Shown piece by piece: positions 30,253 through 39,311 of a stretch of DNA of 64,000 nt. Below the pieces are notes generated by a model. The model searched no databases and had not been told where the DNA came from. It saw only the letters and a program-made list of their open reading frames with translations. The position numbers and the translations under genes were made by a program. Within the stretch, counting starts at the first letter, position 1. Each line of letters opens with the position of its first letter. The DNA is from Alphaproteobacteria bacterium (GTDB lineage: Bacteria; Pseudomonadota; Alphaproteobacteria; SHVZ01). Location of the stretch: contig SHVZ01000008.1 in NCBI GenBank assembly GCA_009694025.1, positions 2,609 through 66,608 of the forward strand, in the 5' to 3' direction.

Positions 30253-31171
30253 AATAGAGGGTGACGGTGTGCCGTGCCTCGGCGAAGAAGAGCCAGCGCT
30301 CGACGACCACGCCGAGCGAGCCCGAGACTGCGGCGGCCAGCGACAGGATCGCCGCCGGGCCGGAGGCGCTGACATCGGCGAGGAGCGACAGGAGGACCGG
30401 CAGGCCGAAGCCGACGAGCATGACGATCAGCCGTAGCCTGGCCGCATGCTTGCGGGCGACCCGGTATCCCATCTCCTTCAGGAGATAGTTCGATTCCGTG
30501 TGCGGCGGATCGAGCACCCGGACCTTGCCGATGGCGCCGAGGCCGGTCGCGGTCTCCGGCGTGCTGTCGGCCCTGCTGCGATCGAGGAAGGTCCAATAGC
30601 CGCGCTTGACGGCCGCCCCGGCGAATCCCAGCAGCGCCGCCAGCGGGCTGGCCGCTGGAAATTGCGGTCCGAAAGCATGAACGAGGAGCGCCAACCAGAG
30701 CGCGCCGGTGTACAGGCCGAGCAATAGATAGATCGGCACCGTCCACGGATTGCGCCAAGCGTGCACCGGCTTGAGCGAGGCGTAGATCATCGCGGTGCAA
30801 ACGGTGGTAGCGACGGCGCCGAGGATCGTCAACGCCGCTGCCGGCGCCGAGATGCGGCCGGCGACGATCCAAGTTCCGGCGAAGGCGAGCGCCGGGAGAA
30901 ACGTCAGAGTCGCCGCCACGCCCTCGCGGCTGAGCCACGAGCTCCGCCATTGGGTCAGCGCGCGCCAGGCGCGCTCGGGGTGCCCGAGATGGCCGAGCGA
31001 GGAGAGAAGGCCGGCGCCGACCAGACCGAGGGCCCAACCGAAGGCGAAGATGCCGAAGGTCGCATCCGCCGGCAGATGTCCGGTCAGAGACCCCGCCGCG
31101 AGCAGCGCCAGTAGTCCGTAGCCGGCGCCCGACGCAGTGGTGAAGAAGATGATCGAGAGTGCCGGATGCAT
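30233..31171 (-). CDS. soeC: DmsC/NrfD-like integral membrane anchor subunit of the molybdoenzyme (SoeC-like)
   Basis: 312 aa and highly hydrophobic ([27 protein letters not shown]...), with a HPERAW motif typical of the DmsC family. Its start lies 1 nt after the Fe-S subunit stop. The Soe naming rests on operon architecture, not on a database search. Confidence 0.65.
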   Translation of the reverse strand: MHPALSIIFFTTASGAGYGLLALLAAGSLTGHLPADATFGIFAFGWALGLVGAGLLSSLGHLGHPERAWRALTQWRSSWLSREGVAATLTFLPALAFAGTWIVAGRISAPAAALTILGAVATTVCTAMIYASLKPVHAWRNPWTVPIYLLLGLYTGALWLALLVHAFGPQFPAASPLAALLGFAGAAVKRGYWTFLDRSRADSTPETATGLGAIGKVRVLDPPHTESNYLLKEMGYRVARKHAARLRLIVMLVGFGLPVLLSLLADVSASGPAAILSLAAAVSGSLGVVVERWLFFAEARHTVTLYYGASHA

Positions 31172-31172
31172 G

Positions 31173-31904
31173 TCAGCGCGAGAGCGCGCGATCGAGCCAG
31201 GCGAGGATGCCCTTGGCCGCGACCTCCTCCGACGGCTTCAGCGCCGCCGCCGCCTGGCGCTTGGGCGTGCGCGGCGGCAGGTACTTGTTCACCGGCCGGT
31301 ATCCGAGCTCGGGCATCAGGTCGATGCCGCCGCGCGCCTCCACCAGCTTGGAGACGGCGCTGTCGGGATCGCCGAGATCGCCGAAATGGCGGGCCGAGAC
31401 CGGGCAGGTGGAGACGCAGGCCGGCACGCGATCGACCTCTTCCAGCGTCTCGTTGTAGATCCGGTCGATGCACAGCGTGCACTTCTTCATCACCCCGTCG
31501 ACCTCGTCGAACTCCCGCGCGCCGTAGGGGCAGGCCCAGGAGCAGAGCTTGCAGCCGATGCAGGTGTCCGGGTTAACGAGGACGATGCCGTCCTCGGCGC
31601 GCTTGTAGGAGGCGCCGGTCGGGCAGACGGTGACGCAGTCCGGGGTCTCGCAATGCAGACACGAGCGCGGAAAGTGCACGGTGCGCCCGCACTCGTGGTC
31701 GCCGGCCTCGAAGGAGTGGACACGGTTGAACCAGACTCCGTCGATGTCCTTGCCATAGGGATCGAGGTCGGTCAGCGGCGCCGAATGGCCGCCGTCGTTC
31801 CACTGCTTGCAGTTGACCGCGCAGGCGTGACAGCCGACGCAGATGTCGAGATCGATGACCAACCCGAGCTTCTTCGCCCCCGGCGCCTTCGGCAGATCGG
31901 TCAT
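31173..31904 (-). CDS. soeB: 4Fe-4S ferredoxin-type subunit of the molybdoenzyme (SoeB-like)
   Basis: Start at ATG 31904 (MTDLPKAPGAKKLGLVIDLDICVGCHACAVNCK) with an ATGA overlap to the catalytic subunit. Four Cys clusters: CVGCHACAVNC, CLHCETPDCVTVCP, CIGCKLCSWACP, CTLC...CVSTCP. There is no twin-arginine signal. Confidence 0.7.
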   Translation of the reverse strand: MTDLPKAPGAKKLGLVIDLDICVGCHACAVNCKQWNDGGHSAPLTDLDPYGKDIDGVWFNRVHSFEAGDHECGRTVHFPRSCLHCETPDCVTVCPTGASYKRAEDGIVLVNPDTCIGCKLCSWACPYGAREFDEVDGVMKKCTLCIDRIYNETLEEVDRVPACVSTCPVSARHFGDLGDPDSAVSKLVEARGGIDLMPELGYRPVNKYLPPRTPKRQAAAALKPSEEVAAKGILAWLDRALSR

Positions 31905-34744
31905 ACGCGCCCCCGGAAGCGGGCGCCGTGGCGAAGCAGGCGGGCCGGCTCCGGCGCGCCTGGCGGGCGCGGCAAGGCTGCGAACCTGGGCTCGGATTGC
32001 GGCACGCCATCGGCCTTGCTGATGCGGACGCGGAGGTCGTACCACGCCGCCTGTCCGGTGACGGGATCGGCATTGGGAGAACCGTCGGCGAGCACATCGC
32101 CGATCAGGTGGTTCAAGAGAAAGCCGCGCTTCGACTCCGGCGCGTCCTTAGCCAGCCCCCAGGCGCCGGAGCGCTTGCCGATGGCGTTCCAGGTCCAGAT
32201 GGTCTCGCCGTTGACGCCCTCCATCACCTTGACTTGTGCCTTGACGCGACCGATCCGGCTTTCGATCCAGATCCAGTCGTCATCGGCGATCCCGTCCCGC
32301 TCGGCCAGACGCCGGCCGATATAGATGCGGTTGGCGCCGTGGATCTGGCGGAGCCAGGCGTTCTGAGAGCCCCAGGAGTGGTACATCGCCATCGGCCGCT
32401 GGGTCAGCGCCGACAAGGGATAGGCCGCCGCATCTTCATGCTCGAAGGGCGGATACCAGATCGGCAGGGGGTCGAAGAACCTCTCGGTGCGCGCGCGCAG
32501 CCGATCGGGCGGCTGGATCGGGCCGTGCCCCTGCGCGGCGAGGCGAAACTTCTGCATCGGCTCGACATAGAGCTGAAGAATGATCGGATCGGTCGATCCC
32601 AAGAAGCCGACGCTCTTGGCGAAGGCGAGATAGGACTTGTTGGCATGCTTGAAGTAGCGCTGATCCGCCGGCAATTCGTGGTGCCAGAAGCAGCCATTGG
32701 CAATGTAGCGCTTGAGCTGATCGGGATTGGGTGCGCCCATTCCCTGGCTTTCACCGTCGGCGCCACGCCAGCCCGCCAAGGGTCCGATGCCGGGCGCGCG
32801 CTCGTGACGGACGAGGTAGTCCGCATAGCCCCCGGGATACTTTGCCGAGCCGTCGCCGTTGACCATGCCGGGCAGGCCGAGGCGGACACCGAGATCCAGC
32901 ACGACATCCTGGAACGCGCGCACGTCGCGGTCAGGCTTCACCACCGGCTGCCGGATGGCGTCGGCGGGGCCGTCGGCATCGCTGATCGGGCGGTCGAGCA
33001 AGGAGACGCAGTCCCAGCGCTCGAGATATGTGGTGTCCGGAAACACCAGGTCGGCGTAGGACACCATCTCCGAGGCATAGGCGTCGGAATAGATGATGTG
33101 CGGGATCTTGTAGGAGCCGGATGCATCCTTGTCCGTCAGCATGGCGAGGGTCTCCGGCACGTTCATTGCCGAATTCCAGCTCATGTTCGCCATGTACATG
33201 AACAGCGTGTCGATCGGATAGGGATCGCCGGCCCAGGCGTTCCGGATCACCAGATGCATGAGCCCATGGGCGGCGATCGGCGCCTCCCATGAGAACGCCT
33301 TGTCGATCCGGCAGGGCGTGCCGTCGGCTTCGACCAGCAGGTCCTCGGGACCCGTCGTGAACCCGAGCGGCGGCCCCTTCATCGGCTGGCCCGGCGCGGT
33401 CTGGCCGGGCTTGCCCGCAGGCCGCACGGCGGGCGGCGCCGGCCTCGGATAGGGCGGCTTGAAGCGGAAGCCGCCGGGCACATCGATGGTGCCGAGCAGC
33501 ATCTGCAGCATGTGGATGGCACGGCAGGTGTGGAAGCCGTTGGCATGCGCGGAGATCCCGCGCATCGCGTGCATGGCGACGGGACGGCCGACCATCGTCG
33601 CGTGCCGGCGCCCGGCCCAGTCGGTCCACGGCACGTCGAGCGTCACGGTCTCGGAGAAGGCGACCTCGGCCAACTCGGCGGCGATCCGGCGAATCGTCTC
33701 AGCGGATACACCGGTGATCTCCGCCGCCTTCTCCGGCGCGTAGGCCGGATCGAGATAGCGCTCGGCCAGAAGCTGGAAGGACGGCACCGCCTCGCGCCCG
33801 TCCGCCAGGCGATAGCTGCCCGCCAGCGCCGGCGACACCTCGGCCGACAACGCGTCGCCGAGCGCGTTCGTCCGCTTGTTCCAGCAGAGCGGCCGGCCTT
33901 TTTCGTCGCGCGCGAACAGCCCGTCCCCGGCCGTTCCCGGCGCCCGGACCACAAGCCAGGGCGCGTTGGTGTAGCGGACGAGGTAGTCCGCATCGACCCT
34001 GTCGGCCTTCAAGAGCTCGTGGACGATCGCCAGCACCAGCATGCCGTCGGTGCCGGGGCGCACGCCGATCCACTCATCGGCGATCGCCGAATAGCCCGTG
34101 CGCACCGGATTGACCGAGACGAACTTGGCGCCGCGGCTCTTGAGCTTGCCGAGCCCGATCTTGATCGGGTTGGAGGCGTGGTCCTCGGCAACGCCTAACA
34201 TCAGGAAGTAGCGCGCGTGATCCCAGTCGGGTTCGCCGAACTCCCAAAACGAACCGCCGATCGAATAGAGCCCGGCCGCTGCCATGTTGACCGAGCAAAA
34301 ACCGCCATGGGCGGCGTAGTTGGGCGTGCCGAAGGCCGAGGCCCACCAGCCGGTCAGCGCCTGGCTCTGGTCGCGGCCGGTGAAAAAAGCCAGCTTCCTC
34401 GGATCGGTCCTCCTTATGTCGTTGAGCCAGCCGGTGGCGATCGACAGCGCATCGTCCCACTCGATCTCGCGGAACTCGCCGGAGCCTCGCTCGCCCGTCC
34501 GCAGCAGCGGCTTCCGGAGCCGCGCCGGCGAGTTGTGCTGCATGATCCCGGCCGAGCCCTTGGCGCAGAGCACGCCCTTGTTCACCGGATGGTCGCGGTT
34601 TCCCTCGATGTAACGGAGCTGGCCATCCTTCAGGTGCACCTTGATGCCGCAACGGCAGGCGCACATGTAGCACGTGGTGGTCTTGACCTCGTCGGCGCTC
34701 GGCACCGACAGATCGACCCGGTCCGGGGGTGACAGAAAACTCAC
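31901..34744 (-). CDS. soeA: Molybdopterin (bis-MGD) oxidoreductase catalytic subunit, Tat-less, SoeA-like (putative cytoplasmic sulfite:quinone oxidoreductase)
   Basis: 947 aa with a GTG start. The N-terminus MSFLSPPDRVDLSVPSADEVKTTTCYMCACRCGIKVHL...VNKGVLCAKG gives the CX2CX3CXnC FS0 cluster motif. It has no RRxFLK signal, and the ORF cannot be extended upstream. The partner subunits and size match the SoeABC layout. Confidence 0.7.
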   Translation of the reverse strand: MSFLSPPDRVDLSVPSADEVKTTTCYMCACRCGIKVHLKDGQLRYIEGNRDHPVNKGVLCAKGSAGIMQHNSPARLRKPLLRTGERGSGEFREIEWDDALSIATGWLNDIRRTDPRKLAFFTGRDQSQALTGWWASAFGTPNYAAHGGFCSVNMAAAGLYSIGGSFWEFGEPDWDHARYFLMLGVAEDHASNPIKIGLGKLKSRGAKFVSVNPVRTGYSAIADEWIGVRPGTDGMLVLAIVHELLKADRVDADYLVRYTNAPWLVVRAPGTAGDGLFARDEKGRPLCWNKRTNALGDALSAEVSPALAGSYRLADGREAVPSFQLLAERYLDPAYAPEKAAEITGVSAETIRRIAAELAEVAFSETVTLDVPWTDWAGRRHATMVGRPVAMHAMRGISAHANGFHTCRAIHMLQMLLGTIDVPGGFRFKPPYPRPAPPAVRPAGKPGQTAPGQPMKGPPLGFTTGPEDLLVEADGTPCRIDKAFSWEAPIAAHGLMHLVIRNAWAGDPYPIDTLFMYMANMSWNSAMNVPETLAMLTDKDASGSYKIPHIIYSDAYASEMVSYADLVFPDTTYLERWDCVSLLDRPISDADGPADAIRQPVVKPDRDVRAFQDVVLDLGVRLGLPGMVNGDGSAKYPGGYADYLVRHERAPGIGPLAGWRGADGESQGMGAPNPDQLKRYIANGCFWHHELPADQRYFKHANKSYLAFAKSVGFLGSTDPIILQLYVEPMQKFRLAAQGHGPIQPPDRLRARTERFFDPLPIWYPPFEHEDAAAYPLSALTQRPMAMYHSWGSQNAWLRQIHGANRIYIGRRLAERDGIADDDWIWIESRIGRVKAQVKVMEGVNGETIWTWNAIGKRSGAWGLAKDAPESKRGFLLNHLIGDVLADGSPNADPVTGQAAWYDLRVRISKADGVPQSEPRFAALPRPPGAPEPARLLRHGARFRGRV

Positions 34745-35235
34745 GTGACCGCGTCCAGCTGTTCCTGGGTCAGGTTGCCTGGCACGACGGTGATGGGCAC
34801 GCGGATCTTACCGGCCGCCTTGCCGATCAGATGGCTGATCAGCGGCCCCGGGCCTTCCGGTCCGGTGCCGGCGCCGAGGACCAGGATCGAGATCGCCGGC
34901 TCCTCGTTCAGGATCTTCAGGAGCTCGTCGCGGCGGTTGCCCTCGCGGAGATAGATTACAGGGATCTGGCCGGCGTCCTCGACGATCACGTCAGCGAACT
35001 TCTGGATAGACTCTTCCGCTTCCTGGCGCTTCTCCTCGCGCATTATTTCGCGCACGCCCATGAAATGCTCGAACTCCGAAGGATCGATGACGTAAAGCAG
35101 CGCCACCCGCCCGCCGGTCGCCTTGGCCCGGCGGCTGGCGTAGCGGAGCGCAACGCGCATCTCCTCGGTCTCGTCGACGACGACGAGGAAGGTGCGGTTG
35201 CTCTTGGGCGCAGGGGTCGCGGGTGCGTCGCTCAT
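34741..35235 (-). CDS. Universal stress protein (UspA family)
   Basis: 164 aa; FLVVVDETEEMRVALRYA..., ILVLGAGTGPEGPGPLISHLIG and VPITVVPG are typical USP ATP-binding-type motifs. Its stop overlaps the soeA-like GTG (GTGA). Confidence 0.8.
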   Translation of the reverse strand: MSDAPATPAPKSNRTFLVVVDETEEMRVALRYASRRAKATGGRVALLYVIDPSEFEHFMGVREIMREEKRQEAEESIQKFADVIVEDAGQIPVIYLREGNRRDELLKILNEEPAISILVLGAGTGPEGPGPLISHLIGKAAGKIRVPITVVPGNLTQEQLDAVT

Positions 35236-35239
35236 GCCA

Positions 35240-35989
35240 TCAGATCCTGCGGAAGGCGACAGCCGCCGTCCAGCCGGCCGCGGTGGCGATGAGGATGGCG
35301 GCGAGGCCGTAAAGCGCCGAGTCCTGATGGGCGAGGTCGAAGACGTCGGCGCTGAAACCGATTTTGCTGACCAGGAGCGGCGTGGTCTGGACGGTCACCA
35401 CCTGCCCCTCGCGCACGAGGAAGACCTGGACCCGATAGGTGCCGGTCGCGACCTTGGCCGGCAACGCCATCCGCGCCCGGAACAGCCGTTCGCCGAGGAA
35501 CGTCACCTTGCCGGGCTCGGTGGCGAAGAGGCCGTCGCGTTGGCGCGCGCGCACCAGGGCCTGGCGGAACTCCGGGATGTCGTCCCGTCGCGCCTCCGGA
35601 TTCGGCGGCAGCAGCCGGATGTGGTCGACCCCGATCTGGTGACGGTCGAGCTGGTTCGCCGCCAGAACCTCGTCGATCGGCTTTGAGGTGGCGATGCCAT
35701 AGAAGGTCGGTGCGTCGGCGAACAGCATAGCTTCGCGATTGACCCAGATTCCGGCGAGTCGCCCCTTGCGGCGGACGATCGTCGGCTTCGGCGGGCCGGT
35801 GACGACGACGACCACGTCGCCGGGACCGTCGGTCGCTCCGAACATGACGATGTCGGCACCGGTGAAGCCCGCGGTGATCGCGACCAGGTGCTGAGAGAGG
35901 TCGGCGACCAGCGGCTGCGCGCGCGCCGCCATTCCCTGCACCAGAAGAATCGCGATCACCGAAAGAAATATCGGGCTGGAGCTCCTCAT
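35240..35989 (-). CDS. Uncharacterised alphaproteobacterial membrane protein (TIGR02186 / Alph_Pro_TM-like)
   Basis: 249 aa with signal peptide MRSSSPIFLSVIAILLVQGMAARA, a soluble middle and a single C-terminal TM helix (ALYGLAAILIATAAGWTAAVAF). The family assignment is from memory of the pattern and of its usual pairing with TauE/SafE genes. Confidence 0.6.
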   Translation of the reverse strand: MRSSSPIFLSVIAILLVQGMAARAQPLVADLSQHLVAITAGFTGADIVMFGATDGPGDVVVVVTGPPKPTIVRRKGRLAGIWVNREAMLFADAPTFYGIATSKPIDEVLAANQLDRHQIGVDHIRLLPPNPEARRDDIPEFRQALVRARQRDGLFATEPGKVTFLGERLFRARMALPAKVATGTYRVQVFLVREGQVVTVQTTPLLVSKIGFSADVFDLAHQDSALYGLAAILIATAAGWTAAVAFRRI

Positions 35990-36906
35990 CCCTGGCCTTC
36001 CGGGGCGAGGGAGTAGAAGTCGTCGGGAGTGGTGAACAGGTCAAAGGCGAGCTTCAGGCCGACGCCGAGGACAAGAAGGGCCAGCAGGATCCGCAGCTGC
36101 TCGCCCCGGAGCCGCGCGCCGAACCGGGTGCCGAACTGGGCGCCGACGACGCCGCCGACGATCAGCAGGAGCGCCAGCATCACGTCGACCGTCTGGTTGG
36201 TGACCGACTGCAGGATGGTGACGTTGGCGGCGACGAACAGCGTCTGGAACAGCGAGGTGCCGACCACCATCTGCGTCGGCATGCCGAGGATGTAGATCAT
36301 CGCCGGCACCAGGATGAAGCCGCCGCCGACGCCCATGATCGCGGTCAGGATGCCGATGGCGAAGCCGACGGTGAGCGGCAGGAGCGCGCTGATGTAGAGC
36401 TTGGAACGACGGAAGCGGAGCTTGAATGGGAGTCCGTGGAGCCAGTAGTGCTCGTGCAGCTTCCTCTTGCGCACGCCCGTCGTCGCGCGGCGGAACCAGG
36501 TCCGCACGCTCTCGACCAGCATCAATCCCCCGACGCTGCCGAGAAAGATGACGAAGCAGAGGCGGATCACCAAGTCGACCTGACCGGCCTGGCGCAACAG
36601 CGTGAAGATCCAGATGCCGAGGGCGGACCCGACAAAGCCGCCCGCCGCAAGGGCGAGGCCCATCTGCACGTCGACGTTCTGGCGGCGCCAATGGGCGAGC
36701 ACGCCGGAGACCGAGGAGGCCAGGATCTGGGCGGCGCCGGTGCCGACCGCGACCGGCGCGGGGACGCCGAGGAAGATCAGGAGCGGCGTCATCAGGAAGC
36801 CGCCGCCGACGCCGAAAAGGCCGGACAGGAAGCCGACGCCGCTACCGACCACAAGAAGGGTGAACCAGTTGACCGACAACTCGGCGATCGGGAGGTAGAC
36901 GTGCAT
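35986..36906 (-). CDS. Sulfite exporter TauE/SafE family permease
   Basis: 306 aa with a duplicated 4-TM architecture and GVGGGFLMTPLL / GVGGGFILVPAM repeats diagnostic of TauE/SafE (DUF81). Confidence 0.85.
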   Translation of the reverse strand: MHVYLPIAELSVNWFTLLVVGSGVGFLSGLFGVGGGFLMTPLLIFLGVPAPVAVGTGAAQILASSVSGVLAHWRRQNVDVQMGLALAAGGFVGSALGIWIFTLLRQAGQVDLVIRLCFVIFLGSVGGLMLVESVRTWFRRATTGVRKRKLHEHYWLHGLPFKLRFRRSKLYISALLPLTVGFAIGILTAIMGVGGGFILVPAMIYILGMPTQMVVGTSLFQTLFVAANVTILQSVTNQTVDVMLALLLIVGGVVGAQFGTRFGARLRGEQLRILLALLVLGVGLKLAFDLFTTPDDFYSLAPEGQG

Positions 36907-36975
36907 CAGGGGAAGGGGTGCGGAAACCGGCTGGAAAAGGTCATTGTGCGCCCTCGTCCGGACCGGCGCAAATGC

Positions 36976-37308
36976 TTAGCGCTCAGTCGGAAGCCCTTCG
37001 GCCCGCCATGCCTTGATGCCGCCGGCAAGACGGAAGATCTCGCCGTCGTATCCGGCAGCGCGCAGGATCTCCGCCGCGCTGCCGCAGCGAATGCCGGCGG
37101 CGCAGTGCAGCACCAGATGGGTTCCAGGGGCAGGGCGCGCCTTGGCCGGGTCGAAGGCGGAAAGCGGCACCAGGCGGGCTCCGGGAATGCGTTCGGCAGC
37201 GAACTCCGGCGGCTCCCGGACGTCGACCAGGGTAAGGCTGCCGCTATCCGCCCATCCGGCGACCGTGTGCGCATCGACGAAGCCGACGGTGGCGGAATCG
37301 ACCATCAC
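36976..37308 (-). CDS. Single-domain rhodanese (sulfurtransferase)
   Basis: 110 aa; LVDVREPPEFAAERIPGA, and the active-site loop HCAAGIRCG with catalytic Cys. No signal peptide. Confidence 0.85.
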   Translation of the reverse strand: MMVDSATVGFVDAHTVAGWADSGSLTLVDVREPPEFAAERIPGARLVPLSAFDPAKARPAPGTHLVLHCAAGIRCGSAAEILRAAGYDGEIFRLAGGIKAWRAEGLPTER

Positions 37309-38012
37309 TCATCCTCTCGTTCGCGCTTCAACGCCCACCACGGCCGCGCCGGCAACGGTCCCTTGGTATCCGGCGTCTCGCGCGAGATCGGCGTGATCTG
37401 ATCGATCCGTTGCGGGACGGCGGCCAGCACGTCGGCAACCGTCGGCGGCGGTCGCTTTCCGTAGCCGGGAGCGACGTCATACACGGCCTGAAGCGACCGG
37501 GCAATCCAGGCAGCGTACTCCCGGAGGTCGGTCTTGGTGATGGTATCCGAGAGAAGCGGCAGGTCAGCCCAGGCGTTGTGCAGCCACTCGACCTTCTCGC
37601 GCGAGGTCTGAGCCTTGGCGAGGCTGCTCTTGCCCTGATCGACCTTGTCGAGCGCCTGGTGACGCACGGTCTGGGATTCGCGAACCACGTCGCGGAGCCG
37701 CCTGGCCTTCTCGGTCGCCACCCGAGCCTGGGTACGGTTGCACTTGGTCGCTAGCTCGGCGATACGTTCGAAGTCGTCGTCGGTCAGATCGGCGAGGCGC
37801 TTGTTGAAATAGGTCAGGTCGAGGCTGCGCGGCGATAGCGGCTGGAGGAGCTCGGCGATCTTGTTGACCGGCGCATTGCCGCCGGGAAGCCGGGAGCATT
37901 CAGCCGCCGATGGCGGCGGGATCGGCGGAGCCTGCGGACGCACGGGCGCCGGTTGCTGCGCCACGGCCATGCCGATGACGACCACCCCCAGCCAGGCGGC
38001 AAACATCCCCAT
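37305..38012 (-). CDS. Hypothetical secreted protein
   Basis: 235 aa. Signal-like N-terminus MGMFAAWLGVVVIGMAVAQQ, a Pro-rich linker (PAPVRPQAPPIPPPS), then a charged, probably helical body. GC and codon bias look native. ATGA overlap with the rhodanese gene. I recognise no family. Confidence 0.6.
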   Translation of the reverse strand: MGMFAAWLGVVVIGMAVAQQPAPVRPQAPPIPPPSAAECSRLPGGNAPVNKIAELLQPLSPRSLDLTYFNKRLADLTDDDFERIAELATKCNRTQARVATEKARRLRDVVRESQTVRHQALDKVDQGKSSLAKAQTSREKVEWLHNAWADLPLLSDTITKTDLREYAAWIARSLQAVYDVAPGYGKRPPPTVADVLAAVPQRIDQITPISRETPDTKGPLPARPWWALKREREDE

Positions 38013-38026
38013 CCCGGCACTCTACT

Positions 38027-39262
38027 TCAACTCCGCATCGCCGGCCAAAGCGGTTGACCGCCCCTGACGGCAAGCGCCGCCGGGTTGCCGCCGATGCGGT
38101 AGGCGAGTTCGGCCGGCCGCGTGATGTTCCAGAGGACGAAGTCGGCGGCCTTGCCGACCTCGAGCGTGCCGTGGCTGGCGCCGAGGCCGAGGGCCGCCGC
38201 CGCCTCACGCGTCACCCCCGCCAGCGCCTCTTCCGGCGTCAACCGGAACAGGGTCGCCGCCATGTTGAGGACGAGCAGAATCGAGGTCATCGGCGAGGTA
38301 CCGGGATTGCAGTCGGTCGCCAGCGCGATCCGGACCCCCTCGCGCCGCAGCAGGTCGACCGGCGGCAGCCTGGTCTCGCGGATGAAATAGAAGGCGCCCG
38401 GCAGCAGCACCGCGACGGTGCCGGCCGCCGCCATCGCCCTGGCGCCGGCTTCGGAGAGGTATTCCAGGTGGTCAGCCGAGAGAGCGCCATAGGCGGCGGC
38501 GAGCACCGCCCCGCCCTGGTCGGAGAGCTGCTCGGCGTGCAGCTTGACCGGAAGGCCGAGACCGCGCGCCGCCTCGAACACCTTCCGGGTCTGCCCCAAC
38601 GTGAAGCCGATTCGCTCGCAGAAGGCGTCGACCGCGTCGACCAGCCCCTCTGCGGCAGCGCTCGGCAGGATGTCCTGGCAGAGGAACTCGATGAAGGCAT
38701 CGGCACGGCCGTCGAATTCCGGCGGCAGCGCATGGGCGCCGAGAAACGTCGTGCGGACGGTCAGCGGCAGTGTTGCGCCCAGCCGTCGGGCAACCCTCAG
38801 CATGCGTGCCTCACTCTCTCGGTCGAGGCCGTAGCCGCTCTTGATCTCGATGGTGGTGACGCCCTCGGCCTGGAGGTCGGCGATCCTCCGGCGCGCGCTT
38901 TCGTATAGCGCGGCCTCTGAGGCGGCCCGGGTCGCGGCCACCGTCGAGCGGATGCCGCCGCCGGCCCGCGCGATCTCCTCGTAGCGGGCGCCCTTGAGCC
39001 GAAGCTCGAATTCGTGCGCACGGTCGCCGCCATGGACGATGTGGGTGTGGCAGTCGATCAGGCCGGGGGTGATCCAGCGGCTGCCGCAGCTCCGGACCTC
39101 CCGCGCCAGGGCCTCCGGCCGGCCCGGCAGATCGACGCGGCGGCCGACCCAGGCGATCCGCCCGCCCTCGACCGCGATCGCGCCGTCCTCGATCGCCCCA
39201 TAAGGAGCCTCGCCGACCGTCATGCTCGCCAGATGCGCGTCCAACCAGAGGGTGTCCCACAT
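38027..39262 (-). CDS. hutI: Imidazolonepropionase
   Basis: Start at ATG 39262 ([11 protein letters not shown]) with AGGAGA 7 nt upstream. [21 protein letters not shown] and [12 protein letters not shown] are HutI metal-binding motifs. Confidence 0.9.
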   Translation of the reverse strand: MWDTLWLDAHLASMTVGEAPYGAIEDGAIAVEGGRIAWVGRRVDLPGRPEALAREVRSCGSRWITPGLIDCHTHIVHGGDRAHEFELRLKGARYEEIARAGGGIRSTVAATRAASEAALYESARRRIADLQAEGVTTIEIKSGYGLDRESEARMLRVARRLGATLPLTVRTTFLGAHALPPEFDGRADAFIEFLCQDILPSAAAEGLVDAVDAFCERIGFTLGQTRKVFEAARGLGLPVKLHAEQLSDQGGAVLAAAYGALSADHLEYLSEAGARAMAAAGTVAVLLPGAFYFIRETRLPPVDLLRREGVRIALATDCNPGTSPMTSILLVLNMAATLFRLTPEEALAGVTREAAAALGLGASHGTLEVGKAADFVLWNITRPAELAYRIGGNPAALAVRGGQPLWPAMRS

Positions 39263-39311
39263 CCGGCGGTCTCCTTGTTGGCCCACTCACCTGTAGATAA
39301 GCTCCGCCGCG

